Origin: Bacilli bacterium
Lineage (GTDB): Bacteria; Bacillota_I; Bacilli_A; RF39; UBA660
NCBI GenBank assembly: GCA_017432825.1
Contig: JAFRIJ010000011.1
Coordinates: 172,279 to 236,278 of the forward strand
Direction of reading: 5' to 3'
DNA: 64,000 bases
Both the position numbers and the translations under genes were made by a program. Shown piece after piece: positions 36,458 to 47,024 of this stretch. Under the pieces are notes generated by a model. It saw only the letters and a list, made by a program, of their open reading frames with translations. It was not told the DNA's origin and did no database searches. Within the stretch, counting starts at the first letter, position 1. Every line of letters starts with the position of its first letter.

Positions 36458-37163
36458 AAATAGATTATTAAATTATAAAATGATTATTTATCAGGATGAT
36501 GATTGGTTTAAATTTTCATTAGATTCTGTATTACTTGCTAATTTTGTTACGATTAATTTAAAGTGTAAGAAAATAATTGATTTGGCTTGTGGTAACGCTC
36601 CTATTCCGATGTTACTTAGTAATAGGACTAATGCACATATAGATGGGATTGAGTTACAAGAAAGTATTTATGATTTGGGTATGCAATCAGTTTTAGAAAA
36701 TGATTTGTCTAGTCAAATTTCTTTGGTTTGTGGAGATATTAAAAATATATCTAATTATTTTTCTAGTGATAGTTATGATGTAGTTACATGTAATCCTCCT
36801 TATTTTAAAATTAATGATAATGGTTACGTTAATGATAATTCTGTTAAATCTATAGCGCGTCATGAGATTAAACTTAGTTTGGATGATGTTCTAGTTAGTG
36901 CTAGATATTTACTTAAAAATGGTGGCTATTTTGCTATGGTTCATAGAACTGATAGATTTATTGAGATATTAGAATGCTTGAAAAAATATAATTTAGAACC
37001 TAAGAGAGTACAATTTATTTATCCTAAAGATGGAAAAAATAGTGATTTATTTTTAATTGAGGCTACTAAGAATGGTAATAGTGGTTTTAAGATACTACCT
37101 AATTTAGTTATTCATAATAATGATGGTAGTTATAAAGAATATATTAGAAAATATTTTGAATGA
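36432..37163 (+). CDS. SAM-dependent methyltransferase (YabB/TrmN6-like tRNA m6A methyltransferase family)
   Basis: SAM motif IIDLACGNAPIPMLL; NPPY motif TCNPPYFK. Start uncertain (36432 to about 36480). Confidence 0.75.
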   Translation: MKLMLMKVKNRLLNYKMIIYQDDDWFKFSLDSVLLANFVTINLKCKKIIDLACGNAPIPMLLSNRTNAHIDGIELQESIYDLGMQSVLENDLSSQISLVCGDIKNISNYFSSDSYDVVTCNPPYFKINDNGYVNDNSVKSIARHEIKLSLDDVLVSARYLLKNGGYFAMVHRTDRFIEILECLKKYNLEPKRVQFIYPKDGKNSDLFLIEATKNGNSGFKILPNLVIHNNDGSYKEYIRKYFE

Positions 37164-37171
37164 GGTGTTTT

Positions 37172-38017
37172 ATGTGGCAAAATAGTTATGATAATAGTCC
37201 TACTTTGTATTTAATTCCTACTCCTATTGGAAATATGGAGGATATTACTTATAGAGCTATTAATGTTTTAAAAAGTGTTGATATTATTTTTTCTGAAGAT
37301 ACTAGAGTGACTAGTATTTTATTAAAGTATTATAATATAAATAAAAAGCTTGTTTCTTTACATGATCATAATGAAGATGTTGTAAAAAATAAGGTATTAG
37401 ATTGTTTAAAAGAGGGATTAAATGTTGGTTTAGTTACTGATAGAGGGACTCCTATTATAAGTGATCCAGGATATAAAACTGTAAAGTATGTTAGTTCTAA
37501 TGGTTTTAATGTTGTAGCACTTCCTGGCCCTTGCGCTTTTGTTCCTGCTTTAATTACTTCTGGAATTAATCCTATGCCTTTTATTTTTTATGGTTTTTTG
37601 GATAGTAAAGAATCAAAATGTAGAAATGAATTAGAGAATTTAAAGTATAATGTTAATACTATTATTTTTTATGAAGCACCTCATAGAATATATAAAACTT
37701 TAAAATTAATTTTAGATATTTTTGGAGATAGAGAAATTAGCTTATCTAGAGAAATATCTAAAAAGTTCGAAAGTATTTATAGAGGTTCTATTAGTAATAT
37801 AATAGATGATTTGGATGGTATTAAAGGGGAATTTGTTATTGTTGTTTCTGGTTATGTATCAGTAAATAATAATATTGAAATGTCTATTTACGATAATGTT
37901 AATTTATTAATTAATAATGGTTTTGATAAAATGAATGCTATAAAGATGGTAGCTAAAGAAAGAGGTATTAGTAAGGGTGAGGTATATTCTCTTTATCATA
38001 AGGAGGGATTGAAATGA
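37172..38017 (+). CDS. rsmI: 16S rRNA (cytidine1402-2'-O)-methyltransferase RsmI
   Basis: Tetrapyrrole-methylase fold (LYLIPTPIGNMEDITYRA...FSEDTR). RBS GAGGTG precedes the ATG at 37172. Confidence 0.9.
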   Translation: MWQNSYDNSPTLYLIPTPIGNMEDITYRAINVLKSVDIIFSEDTRVTSILLKYYNINKKLVSLHDHNEDVVKNKVLDCLKEGLNVGLVTDRGTPIISDPGYKTVKYVSSNGFNVVALPGPCAFVPALITSGINPMPFIFYGFLDSKESKCRNELENLKYNVNTIIFYEAPHRIYKTLKLILDIFGDREISLSREISKKFESIYRGSISNIIDDLDGIKGEFVIVVSGYVSVNNNIEMSIYDNVNLLINNGFDKMNAIKMVAKERGISKGEVYSLYHKEGLK

Positions 38018-38574
38018 AGATAATTTTTGGATTAGGAAATCCTGGGAAAGAATATATTAATACGAGACATAATATTGGGTTTCAATTATTAGATTTTATT
38101 TGTAATAAAAAGAATATTTCTTTTTTAAGAAACAAATTTAATGCAGAAGTTGCTGAATATATAGTTGATAATGATAAAGTGTTATTAGTGAAACCTTTAT
38201 CTTATATGAATTTATCTGGTAGTGTTATTTCAAAGTTTGTATCTTTTTATAAGGTTGATTTAGACGATATCTTAGTTATTCATGATGATTTAGATTTAGA
38301 ATTTGGCAAAGTTAAATTTGTTTACAATAGTAGTAGTGGTGGACATAACGGTATTAAGGATATTGAAAGATGCTTGGGGACTAGAGATTATTTAAGATTA
38401 AAGATTGGTATTTCTAATAATAAGGATATTGAAACAAAAGATTATGTTTTAGGTAAGTTTACAGAGGATGAGTTAAATGTTTTACTTTCAGTCGACAAAA
38501 ATCTTGTAAATGTTATTGATGATTTTTGTACAATGGATAGGAATATGCTTATGAATAAATATAATAGAAAATAA
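38014..38574 (+). CDS. pth: Peptidyl-tRNA hydrolase
   Basis: Motifs GLGNPGKEYINTRHNIGF and HNGIKD. Confidence 0.95.
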   Translation: MKIIFGLGNPGKEYINTRHNIGFQLLDFICNKKNISFLRNKFNAEVAEYIVDNDKVLLVKPLSYMNLSGSVISKFVSFYKVDLDDILVIHDDLDLEFGKVKFVYNSSSGGHNGIKDIERCLGTRDYLRLKIGISNNKDIETKDYVLGKFTEDELNVLLSVDKNLVNVIDDFCTMDRNMLMNKYNRK

Positions 38575-38590
38575 TTATCTGGAGGTGTAT

Positions 38591-41500
38591 ATGGACTTTT
38601 TTAATAATATTTTTAATATTAGTGATGATGATTATTATGGTGTAAGTGGATTAAATACTGAGTTATCTTGTATTTATGTTTATAATACCTTTTTGAAATA
38701 TAATAAAGGTATGGTTGTTGTTACTAATTCTTTATTTGAAGCTAATATAATATATACAAAACTTTGTAATTATACTGAAAAAGTTTTGTTTTTTCCTATG
38801 GATGATTTTATTACTAGCGAAGCTATTGCTATTAGTCCTGAATTTAAAAGCGAAAGAATTCATACTTTAAATTGTTTAGTTAGAGATAATAAATATATTG
38901 TTGTTACTAATTTAATGGGTATATTACGTTATTTGCCTAAAAAAGAGATATGGCTTAATAATATTATTAATATAAAACAAGGTGAATCTATTGATAGAGA
39001 TTTTTTATTATCTCGATTAATTGATATTGGATATGAAAGAGAGTCTATAGTTACTGAAACTGGTAAATTGGGTGTTAGAGGATATGTTGTCGATTTGTTT
39101 CCTATTGGTATGGATAATCCTGTTCGTATTGAATTTTGGGGAGATGTAGTTGATACTATTAAATATTTTGATGTAGAGACTCAACTTACTATTAAAGAAA
39201 TTAACGAGGTATCTATATGTCCATATACTGAATTTTTGTTGGATAGTTATGATGATAATACTATTAGAAAACAAAAATATTTAAAGTATTTTGGAAAAGA
39301 TATTGGTTCTTTATGGGATTATACTGATAATTTTAAATGTTTTTATTACGATTATAATCAAATTATGGAAGGTTATAATTTATTAAGTGAAACTATTGCT
39401 GAATATGATAGGGATAATGTTTCGTCTATAAAAACTCAATATATGTATGAGTTTAATGATATTAAGTTTAATAATTATGTTTTTATGATGAATTTCGATA
39501 ATATTTTAGCAAATATTAAATTGAATTATGAAGATAAATATGTTAGTAATAATGCTTTAAATTATAATAATAATATTTCTCTTATTAAAAATGATTTAGA
39601 AAAGTTTATTAAGAATAAGAAAACTGTTGTTATTTGTTTAGATAATAAACAAAGTGTTTTACGTATTATAAAATATTTAGATGAATTTGATTTGGTTAAG
39701 ACTACTTCTGATAATATTATTAAGGGGAAGATTAATGTTATAGTTAAACAAATTGATAGCGGATTTATTTTTGATGATTATGTTGTTTTGGCTTCTTCAA
39801 ATTTATTTGATGTTGGTGAGGTAAAGAAAAAATATAAGAATAAATTTAAGATTGGTACTAAAATTAATAATGTTAATAATATATCTAAAGGAGATTATAT
39901 TGTTCATGAGTCTCATGGTATTGGAATATATGATGAATTATGTACTATCGTAAAAAATGGTTTTAAGAAAGATTATATTAGATTGATATATGCAGGTGGA
40001 GATGTTTTGTATATTCCTGTTGAGAAAATTGATAGGATTAGTAAATATTCTTCAAAAGAAGGTGTTTCTGTTAAACTTGATAGTTTAAGTAATGATAATT
40101 GGGAAAAGAGAAAGGCAAGAGTTCGTAGTAGGTTAGAGAATATTGCTCAGGATTTAATAAAGGTTTCTGCTATGAGGGAAGCTTCTAAAGGTTTTGCTTT
40201 TTCTCCTGATGATGAAAATCAAGTTTTATTTGATAGTGAATTTGAATATGAAGAAACAGATGATCAAATTAAAGCTACTAATGCTATAAAATATGAAATG
40301 GAACAACCTAAGCCTATGGATATGCTTTTGTGTGGTGATGTTGGTTATGGAAAAACTGAGGTAGCTTTTAGAGCTATGTTTAAGGCTGTTAATGATGGTA
40401 AGCAAGTAGCATATTTATGTCCTACAACTATTTTATCCAATCAGCAGTATAAAAACGCTATTAATAGATTTAGTACATTTCCTATTAATATTGCTTTATT
40501 AAATAGATTTGTTGAGAAGAAAAAGCAAAATCAAATATTAGATGATTTGAAAAATGGTAAGATTGATATATTATTTGGTACACATCGTATTTTGAGCGAT
40601 GATGTTAAATTTAAGGATTTGGGATTATTAGTTATAGATGAAGAACAAAGATTTGGGGTTACTCATAAAGAGAAAATAAAAAAATATAAATCTAGTATAG
40701 ATGTGTTAACTTTATCAGCAACACCTATTCCTAGAACTCTTCAAATGTCTATGACTGGTATTAGAAGTCTTTCTTTGATTGAGACTCCTCCTTCAGAGAG
40801 GCTTCCTATTCAAACTTATGTTTTAGGGTTTAATACTAATGTTATTAAAGATGCTATATATAAGGAATTATCTAGGAAGGGACAAGTGTTTATATTATAT
40901 AATTATGTTGATAATATTGAATCTAAGATGAATGAGATTCATAGGTTAGTTCCAGAAGCTTCAATGGATTTTGCTCATGGTAGAATGACTAAAACAGAGT
41001 TGGAAGATAAAATGCAGGATTTTATAGATCATAAGTTTGATGTCTTAGTCTGTACTACAATTATAGAAACTGGTATTGATATTCCTAATGTTAATACTTT
41101 GATTATAATAGATGCTGATAGGTTTGGTTTGTCTCAGTTATATCAAATTAGAGGTAGAATTGGTAGAAGTGATAAGATTGGATATGCTTATTTAATGTAT
41201 AATAATCATAAAGAATTAAATGATATTGCTGTTAAAAGATTAAATACTATTAAGGAATTTACTGAACTTGGTAGCGGCTTTAAAATTGCTATGAGAGATT
41301 TATCTATTCGTGGTGCTGGTGATATTCTAGGTAGTGAACAGTCTGGTTTTATTGATTCTATTGGTATTGAATTATATTTAAAAATGTTAAAAGATGCTGT
41401 TGATAAAATAAAGGGTAATTATGTTGAAGATAAAGATGAAAATAATAATTTAGATAATAATTCTTTAATTGATGTTGATACTCATATTAGTGAAGAATAC

Positions 41501-41914
41501 ATTAATGAAGAAGATTTAAAAATAGAAATTCATAAGATGATTAATGAGGTTAATTCTATTGAAAAATTTAATGAAATTAAATCTTTATTAGAAGATAGAT
41601 TTGGTAGAATTACTAATGAAATGGAAATATATATGTATGAGGAATGGTTTGAAAAACTTGCTAATAAATTGGAAATAAAAACTGTTAAACAAACTAAGAC
41701 ATTAATTGATTTAGAATTATCTTCTAATATTAGTAATAAAATAAACGGTGAAGATTTATTCATTATGGCTTATGAGGTATGTGATAGATTTAAATTAAGT
41801 TATAAAGAAAATAAGATACATATAATATTAGAGATAGTTAATTTAAATAAGCATTTTTTAGTATATATAATTGATTTATTAACTAGATTAATTAATAAAA
41901 TTGATTTTAAATAA
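38591..41914 (+). CDS. mfd: Transcription-repair coupling factor Mfd
   Basis: UvrB-homology N-terminus; RecG-like helicase motifs (GDVGYGKTEVA, DEEQRFGV, LSATPIPRTL); TRG and C-terminal domain. About 1107 aa. Confidence 0.95.
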   Translation: MDFFNNIFNISDDDYYGVSGLNTELSCIYVYNTFLKYNKGMVVVTNSLFEANIIYTKLCNYTEKVLFFPMDDFITSEAIAISPEFKSERIHTLNCLVRDNKYIVVTNLMGILRYLPKKEIWLNNIINIKQGESIDRDFLLSRLIDIGYERESIVTETGKLGVRGYVVDLFPIGMDNPVRIEFWGDVVDTIKYFDVETQLTIKEINEVSICPYTEFLLDSYDDNTIRKQKYLKYFGKDIGSLWDYTDNFKCFYYDYNQIMEGYNLLSETIAEYDRDNVSSIKTQYMYEFNDIKFNNYVFMMNFDNILANIKLNYEDKYVSNNALNYNNNISLIKNDLEKFIKNKKTVVICLDNKQSVLRIIKYLDEFDLVKTTSDNIIKGKINVIVKQIDSGFIFDDYVVLASSNLFDVGEVKKKYKNKFKIGTKINNVNNISKGDYIVHESHGIGIYDELCTIVKNGFKKDYIRLIYAGGDVLYIPVEKIDRISKYSSKEGVSVKLDSLSNDNWEKRKARVRSRLENIAQDLIKVSAMREASKGFAFSPDDENQVLFDSEFEYEETDDQIKATNAIKYEMEQPKPMDMLLCGDVGYGKTEVAFRAMFKAVNDGKQVAYLCPTTILSNQQYKNAINRFSTFPINIALLNRFVEKKKQNQILDDLKNGKIDILFGTHRILSDDVKFKDLGLLVIDEEQRFGVTHKEKIKKYKSSIDVLTLSATPIPRTLQMSMTGIRSLSLIETPPSERLPIQTYVLGFNTNVIKDAIYKELSRKGQVFILYNYVDNIESKMNEIHRLVPEASMDFAHGRMTKTELEDKMQDFIDHKFDVLVCTTIIETGIDIPNVNTLIIIDADRFGLSQLYQIRGRIGRSDKIGYAYLMYNNHKELNDIAVKRLNTIKEFTELGSGFKIAMRDLSIRGAGDILGSEQSGFIDSIGIELYLKMLKDAVDKIKGNYVEDKDENNNLDNNSLIDVDTHISEEYINEEDLKIEIHKMINEVNSIEKFNEIKSLLEDRFGRITNEMEIYMYEEWFEKLANKLEIKTVKQTKTLIDLELSSNISNKINGEDLFIMAYEVCDRFKLSYKENKIHIILEIVNLNKHFLVYIIDLLTRLINKIDFK

Positions 41915-41969
41915 AAAAATATATAATATTTTGTTAATTTGTGATATACTTATTTTAAGAAAGAGAGGT

Positions 41970-42527
41970 ATGATTATGACTTTTTTAATTGTTTTACTTG
42001 TAATTTTATTATTAGTCGGTTCTTTTGTTGTTTCAAATTATAATTCTTTAGTTGTTTTAAGGAATAAAGTAAGAGATCAATTTAGTCAAATTGATGTTCA
42101 ATTAAAGATGAGAGCTGATATGATTCCTAATTTAGTTGAAATAGTAAAAGGATATGAAAAACATGAAAAGGGTACTTTGGAAGCTGTTATTAAAGCTAGA
42201 AATACTTATTTATCTGCAGGATCACCTGATGAAAAAATGAAATCAAGTGGAGAATTAACACAAGCTATTAATAAGTTATTTGCTTTAGCAGAAAACTATC
42301 CTGATTTAAAGGCTAATGAAAATTTCTTAAAATTACAGGCTTCATTAGAAGAAGTAGAAGATAAAATTCGTCATGCTAGACAGTTTTATAATGATGCTGT
42401 TTTGATGTATAATAATAAAATTGAAGTTTTTCCTAGTAATTTTATTGCTTCTATTTTTCACTTTACTAAAGAAAGTTTCTTTGAAGCTACTGAAGATGAA
42501 AAAAAGAACGTTGAAATTAAATTTTAG
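41970..42527 (+). CDS. LemA family membrane protein
   Basis: N-terminal TM followed by the LemA core (NSLVVLRNKV...QFYNDAV). RBS AGAGAGG precedes the MIMTF start. Confidence 0.85.
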   Translation: MIMTFLIVLLVILLLVGSFVVSNYNSLVVLRNKVRDQFSQIDVQLKMRADMIPNLVEIVKGYEKHEKGTLEAVIKARNTYLSAGSPDEKMKSSGELTQAINKLFALAENYPDLKANENFLKLQASLEEVEDKIRHARQFYNDAVLMYNNKIEVFPSNFIASIFHFTKESFFEATEDEKKNVEIKF

Positions 42528-42551
42528 TGGGATTTATTAATCCCATTTTTT
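42528..42551 (+). terminator. Terminator after lemA (TGGGATT/AATCCCA plus T6)
   Basis: 7-bp GC-containing stem, 4-nt loop, TTTTTT. Confidence 0.5.
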
Positions 42552-42566
42552 AATAGGAGTGTTATT

Positions 42567-44273
42567 ATGAAGAAATTATTGTTTACAATTATATTGTTTT
42601 TTAATTCTGTTCTTATGGTTAATGCTACTAGTATATCTAATATAGATATGGATATTTATGTAGATAATAATGGCGTTGCTACTATAAAAGAAACATGGAA
42701 TGCTTCTGTTAGTGAAGGTACTGAAGGATGGCATCCATATTATAATATAGGTTCATCTGAAATATATGATGTTAAAGCATCTATGGATGGTAAATCATTT
42801 GATACTATCGATGATTGGATAGAAAGTGCTAGTTTTTCGGATAAAGCTTATAAAGCTGGTATATACTATCCTCAATCTAATGAGGTTGATATTGTATTTG
42901 GTGTTAGTGAATATGGTAGTCATGTATATTCTATAGAATATAAGATAAGTAATTTTGTCTCTACAACAAGTGATGCAGATATAATATATTGGAATTTATT
43001 TCCATATGATTTTAGTGCTGAACCTGAAAATGTTTCTATAAAGATTTATAGTGATTTTAGATATGAAGATAATTTACCTGTATGGGGATATGGAAAGTAT
43101 GGGGCACCTTGTTATGTATATGATGGTAGAATAGAGATGACATCTGATGGTATTATTAATAGTTCAGAATATTTAACTATATTAGTTAAATTTCCTAAGG
43201 GAACTTTTAATACTTCTAGTGTTTTAGATAATGATTTTGAACATTATCATGATATGGCTGAGGATGGCGCTACTAACTATAATGATAAAAAGAATTTTTG
43301 GGATAAATTAATTGATTTTATTATTCCTTTTATTTCTATTTTCTTTAATGTTATTGTATGGGGAATAATATTTGTTGTTGCTATGTTTTCTACAAAAAAG
43401 AAAAATAATCTTAAATTTGGTAGTGCTGGTAATAAAGTTAAAAAAGATGTTCTTCCTTTTAGAGAGATTCCTTGTAATAAAGATATATATCGTGCTTATT
43501 GGGTTGCTGATAGTTATAATTTAAACAAGAAGAAAGAAGATTTTTTAGGTAGTGTATTACTTAGATGGTTACAAAATGGTAATGTTAGAATTGAAAAGGT
43601 GACTAGTAAAGGGTTATTTAAGGAAAAAATAAATGATAATGTTATATTTGAAAAAAGACCTGATGATTCTATTGAATTAGAATGTAGATTATATGACTAC
43701 ATGTTTCAAGCTAGTGGTGATGGCAAGTTAGAATCTGGTGAATTTAAGAAATGGTGTAGTAGTCACTATTCTAAGATATTGAAGTGGTTTGATGATGTAT
43801 TAGATTTTGAAGTAAAAATGCTAGTTAATGAGAATAAAGCGACAGAAGAAGTATCTGGCAAATTGTTTAAAACTACTTATTATAAAATAGATGATATTAT
43901 GATGAATGATGCTGAAGAGATGGCTGGATTAAAGAAATTCCTCAAAGAATTTACTTTAATAAAAGAAAGAGAACCAATTGAAGTAAAATTATGGAATGAG
44001 TACTTGATGTATGCATCTATATTTGGAATTGCTGATGAGGTTGCTAGTCAATTTAGAAAGCTATATCCTGAAGTTATTACTGAAATGGATAATAGAGGGT
44101 ATAACTATAATGATATTGTTTTTATTCATTCAATTACTAGTGATGGTATTAAAAGTGCTAATACTGCTAAATCTAGAGCTGAATCGTATAGTTCTGGTGG
44201 TGGCGGATTTTCTTCTGGCGGCGGAGGCGGCGGTTCCTTCGGCGGAGGCGGCGGAGGCGGCGGTTTCCGTTAA
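42567..44273 (+). CDS. DUF2207-family membrane protein with a C-terminal poly-Gly tail (568 aa)
   Basis: Signal peptide; extracellular N-domain; a TM segment at about residue 250 (FIIPFISIFFNVIVWGIIFVVAMF); cytoplasmic domain. C-terminus is SGGGGFSSGGGGGGSFGGGGGGGGFR. Classic partner of LemA. Confidence 0.7.
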   Translation: MKKLLFTIILFFNSVLMVNATSISNIDMDIYVDNNGVATIKETWNASVSEGTEGWHPYYNIGSSEIYDVKASMDGKSFDTIDDWIESASFSDKAYKAGIYYPQSNEVDIVFGVSEYGSHVYSIEYKISNFVSTTSDADIIYWNLFPYDFSAEPENVSIKIYSDFRYEDNLPVWGYGKYGAPCYVYDGRIEMTSDGIINSSEYLTILVKFPKGTFNTSSVLDNDFEHYHDMAEDGATNYNDKKNFWDKLIDFIIPFISIFFNVIVWGIIFVVAMFSTKKKNNLKFGSAGNKVKKDVLPFREIPCNKDIYRAYWVADSYNLNKKKEDFLGSVLLRWLQNGNVRIEKVTSKGLFKEKINDNVIFEKRPDDSIELECRLYDYMFQASGDGKLESGEFKKWCSSHYSKILKWFDDVLDFEVKMLVNENKATEEVSGKLFKTTYYKIDDIMMNDAEEMAGLKKFLKEFTLIKEREPIEVKLWNEYLMYASIFGIADEVASQFRKLYPEVITEMDNRGYNYNDIVFIHSITSDGIKSANTAKSRAESYSSGGGGFSSGGGGGGSFGGGGGGGGFR

Positions 44274-44282
44274 AAAAAATGA

Positions 44283-44308
44283 AAAACTATTTTATATAGT
44301 TTTTTTAT
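44283..44308 (+). terminator. Terminator after the DUF2207 gene
   Basis: AAAACTAT/ATAGTTTT stem followed by T7. Confidence 0.4.
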
Positions 44309-44363
44309 TTTTGGTATATAATACTAAATAATTGGAAGAATATAGTTAGAATGGAGTGAAATA

Positions 44364-44897
44364 ATGAAAACAACAGGTATTATTAGAAGAATTGATGATT
44401 TGGGAAGAATTGTTATTCCTAAAGAGTTAAGAAGAAATCTACATATAAAGAATGGGGATACTATTGAAATATTTGTTGATATGGATAATATTATTTTAAA
44501 AAAATATTCTCCAATGGAAAGTATAGAAGATGCTGCTATAAAATATGTTGAGAGTTTTAATCAAGTTTTAAAACATAATGTTATTGTTACAGATAAAGAT
44601 AAGGTTATAGCAGTTAGTGGTAGTTTAAAGAAAAATTATTTAGGAAAGAATATTAGTGAATTTACTGATAGAAGTATTGAGAGAAGAGATAGTTTTGTGG
44701 AAAGACAAAAAAAGAATTTTTCTTTTGTAGAGGGAGTTGAAGATTTTGGATATTATTCTTTTAGTTCTATTGTTAATAATGGTGATACATTAGGATCTGT
44801 TATTATTGTTTCTTTAGATAAACCTATTTTAGAATTTGAAGAAAAAATGGCAATTATATTATCTAAGCTTCTTTCTAATAAATTTATTACAGATTAA
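44364..44897 (+). CDS. spoVT: Stage V sporulation protein T (AbrB-family regulator with GAF domain)
   Basis: Sequence MKTTGIIRRIDDLGRIVIPKELRRNLHIKNGDTIEIFVD (AbrB-N swapped hairpin) plus a C-terminal GAF domain; follows mfd as in Bacillus. Confidence 0.85.
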   Translation: MKTTGIIRRIDDLGRIVIPKELRRNLHIKNGDTIEIFVDMDNIILKKYSPMESIEDAAIKYVESFNQVLKHNVIVTDKDKVIAVSGSLKKNYLGKNISEFTDRSIERRDSFVERQKKNFSFVEGVEDFGYYSFSSIVNNGDTLGSVIIVSLDKPILEFEEKMAIILSKLLSNKFITD

Positions 44898-44899
44898 AT

Positions 44900-44924
44900 G
44901 AAGAATATTGTTCTTCTTTTTTTA
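44900..44924 (+). terminator. Terminator after spoVT
   Basis: GAAGAAT/GTTCTTC stem followed by T7. Confidence 0.45.
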
Positions 44925-44980
44925 TGGTATTTTAATAATATTTTTGTTATAATAGATATGATTTTGAAAGGAGTCATATT

Positions 44981-45475
44981 ATGAATAGATTTTTTGAAAA
45001 AATTAGTTATAAACAGTTTTGTAATGATATCTCTTTGGATAAAGATGTTTATGATAATTATATTTTGCCTAAAAGATGTAGTAAATATAGTGCTGGATAT
45101 GATTTTTTTGCTATTCATGATATGATTATTAAACCTGGTGAAATATTAAAGATTCCTACTGGATATAAAGCTATTATGAATAATGATGAGTTTTTGATGA
45201 TAGTTGTTCGTAGTAGTATGGGATTTAAGTATAATGTACGGATGTGTAATCAAGTTGGAATTATTGATAGTGATTATTACAATAATTGTGATAATGAAGG
45301 TCATATATGGATTTCGTTGCAAAATGAAGGAGATAAAGATTACATAATAAAAAAGGATACTTCTTATGCTCAAGGAATTTTTTTAAAATATTTAACATGT
45401 AACGATTCTGTTAATGATAAAAGAATTGGTGGTATAGGAAGTAGTGATAGAAAGAGTGATGTTAATGAAAAATAA
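44981..45475 (+). CDS. dut: dUTP diphosphatase (trimeric dUTPase family)
   Basis: Motifs PKRCSKYSAGYDFFA and GIIDSDY; 164 aa. Confidence 0.8.
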   Translation: MNRFFEKISYKQFCNDISLDKDVYDNYILPKRCSKYSAGYDFFAIHDMIIKPGEILKIPTGYKAIMNNDEFLMIVVRSSMGFKYNVRMCNQVGIIDSDYYNNCDNEGHIWISLQNEGDKDYIIKKDTSYAQGIFLKYLTCNDSVNDKRIGGIGSSDRKSDVNEK

Positions 45476-46997
45476 TAAATTTTATATAAGTACTGCAATT
45501 GCTTATACTAGTGCGAAACCTCATATAGGTAATACTTATGAAGTTGTATTAGCAGATGTTATTGCTAGATATAAAAGGTTGCAGGGATACGATGTTTATT
45601 TTCAAACTGGTACTGATGAACATGGCGAGAAAATTGAATTGAAGGCCAAGGAAGCAAATAAAACCCCACAGGAATATGTTGATGGTATTGCTTCTTCTAT
45701 AAGAGATATTTGGAATGTTGTTAATACTAGTTATGATAAATTTGTTAGAACTACTGATAAAGAACATGAAAAGGTTGTTCAACATTTATTTAAAAAGTTT
45801 TATGATCAAGGTGATATATATAAAGGTGAATATAAAGGATTATATTGTACCCCTTGTGAATCTTTTTGGACTGAGAGTCAGTTAGTTGATGGTAAATGTC
45901 CTGATTGTGGTAGAGAGGTCAAAGAGGCCTGTGAAGAGGCTTATTTTTTTAAGATGAGTAAGTATAGCAAATGGTTAGAAGAATATATTGAAGAACATCC
46001 TAACTTTATTGAGCCTGAAGCCAGAAAAAATGAAATAATAAATACTTTTATTAAGCCTGGTCTCCAAGATTTATGTGTGTCTAGAACTAGTTTTAAATGG
46101 GGAATTCCTGTTAGTTTTGATGATAATCATGTTGTATATGTTTGGATAGATGCATTATCTAATTATATTACTTTTTTAGGATATGATGTAGATAGTGTTA
46201 GTGATAATTTTAAAAAGTATTGGCCATGTGATATTCATTTAATTGGTAAGGATATATTAAGATTTCATGCTATATATTGGCCAATTATGTTACATTGTTT
46301 AGGGTTAGAACTTCCACATAAAATATTTGGACATCCTTGGCTTTTATTTGGTAGTGATAAGATGAGTAAAAGTAGGGGAAATATAGTGTATGCTGACGAC
46401 TTGGTTAACGAATTTGGCGTAGATGCTGTTAGATATTATTTAATCCATGAAATGCCTTTTGCAAGTGATGGAACTTTTACTAGAGAATTATTAATTGAGA
46501 GCATTAATACAAATTTAGCAAATGTTTTAGGTAATTTAGTTAATAGAACTATTGGTATGATAAATAAATACTTTAATGGTAAAGTTATTAATTCTAACTG
46601 TTCTGAAGAAATAGATAATGAACTTATTGATATGGCTTTGAATATTAAAAATGTAATAGAAAATGATATGAATAATTTAAGAATTGCTGATAGTTTAGAT
46701 CATTTATTTGATTTATTTAGAAGATGTAATAAGTATATTGATGAGACAATGCCTTGGGTTTTAGCTAAAGATGATAGTAAGACTGACAGATTAAATACAG
46801 TTTTGTATAATTTAATAGAATCTATTAGAATTGGTACTGTTTTATTGCAAGCATATTTGCCCGATACTAGTAAAAAGATATTTGAACAGATTAATACAAG
46901 TTATACTTCTTATGATACACTTGATAGATTTGGATATTATGATAGTGATAATGTTGGAGTTTCTTCAGTATTATTTCAACGAATTGATAATAAATAA
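45465..46997 (+). CDS. metG: Methionine--tRNA ligase (short form, no C-terminal tRNA-binding domain)
   Basis: HIGH motif (KPHIGNTYE); zinc knuckles CTPCESF...CPDCG; KMSKS (DKMSKSRGN). Start at MKNNKFYIST overlaps the dut 3' end by 11 nt. Confidence 0.95.
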   Translation: MKNNKFYISTAIAYTSAKPHIGNTYEVVLADVIARYKRLQGYDVYFQTGTDEHGEKIELKAKEANKTPQEYVDGIASSIRDIWNVVNTSYDKFVRTTDKEHEKVVQHLFKKFYDQGDIYKGEYKGLYCTPCESFWTESQLVDGKCPDCGREVKEACEEAYFFKMSKYSKWLEEYIEEHPNFIEPEARKNEIINTFIKPGLQDLCVSRTSFKWGIPVSFDDNHVVYVWIDALSNYITFLGYDVDSVSDNFKKYWPCDIHLIGKDILRFHAIYWPIMLHCLGLELPHKIFGHPWLLFGSDKMSKSRGNIVYADDLVNEFGVDAVRYYLIHEMPFASDGTFTRELLIESINTNLANVLGNLVNRTIGMINKYFNGKVINSNCSEEIDNELIDMALNIKNVIENDMNNLRIADSLDHLFDLFRRCNKYIDETMPWVLAKDDSKTDRLNTVLYNLIESIRIGTVLLQAYLPDTSKKIFEQINTSYTSYDTLDRFGYYDSDNVGVSSVLFQRIDNK

Positions 46998-47024
46998 AAA
47001 GAAATGTATTATTTCTTTTTTTTC
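46998..47024 (+). terminator. Terminator after metG (AAAGAAAT/ATTTCTTT plus T8)
   Basis: 8-bp stem, 5-nt loop, T-run. Confidence 0.55.
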
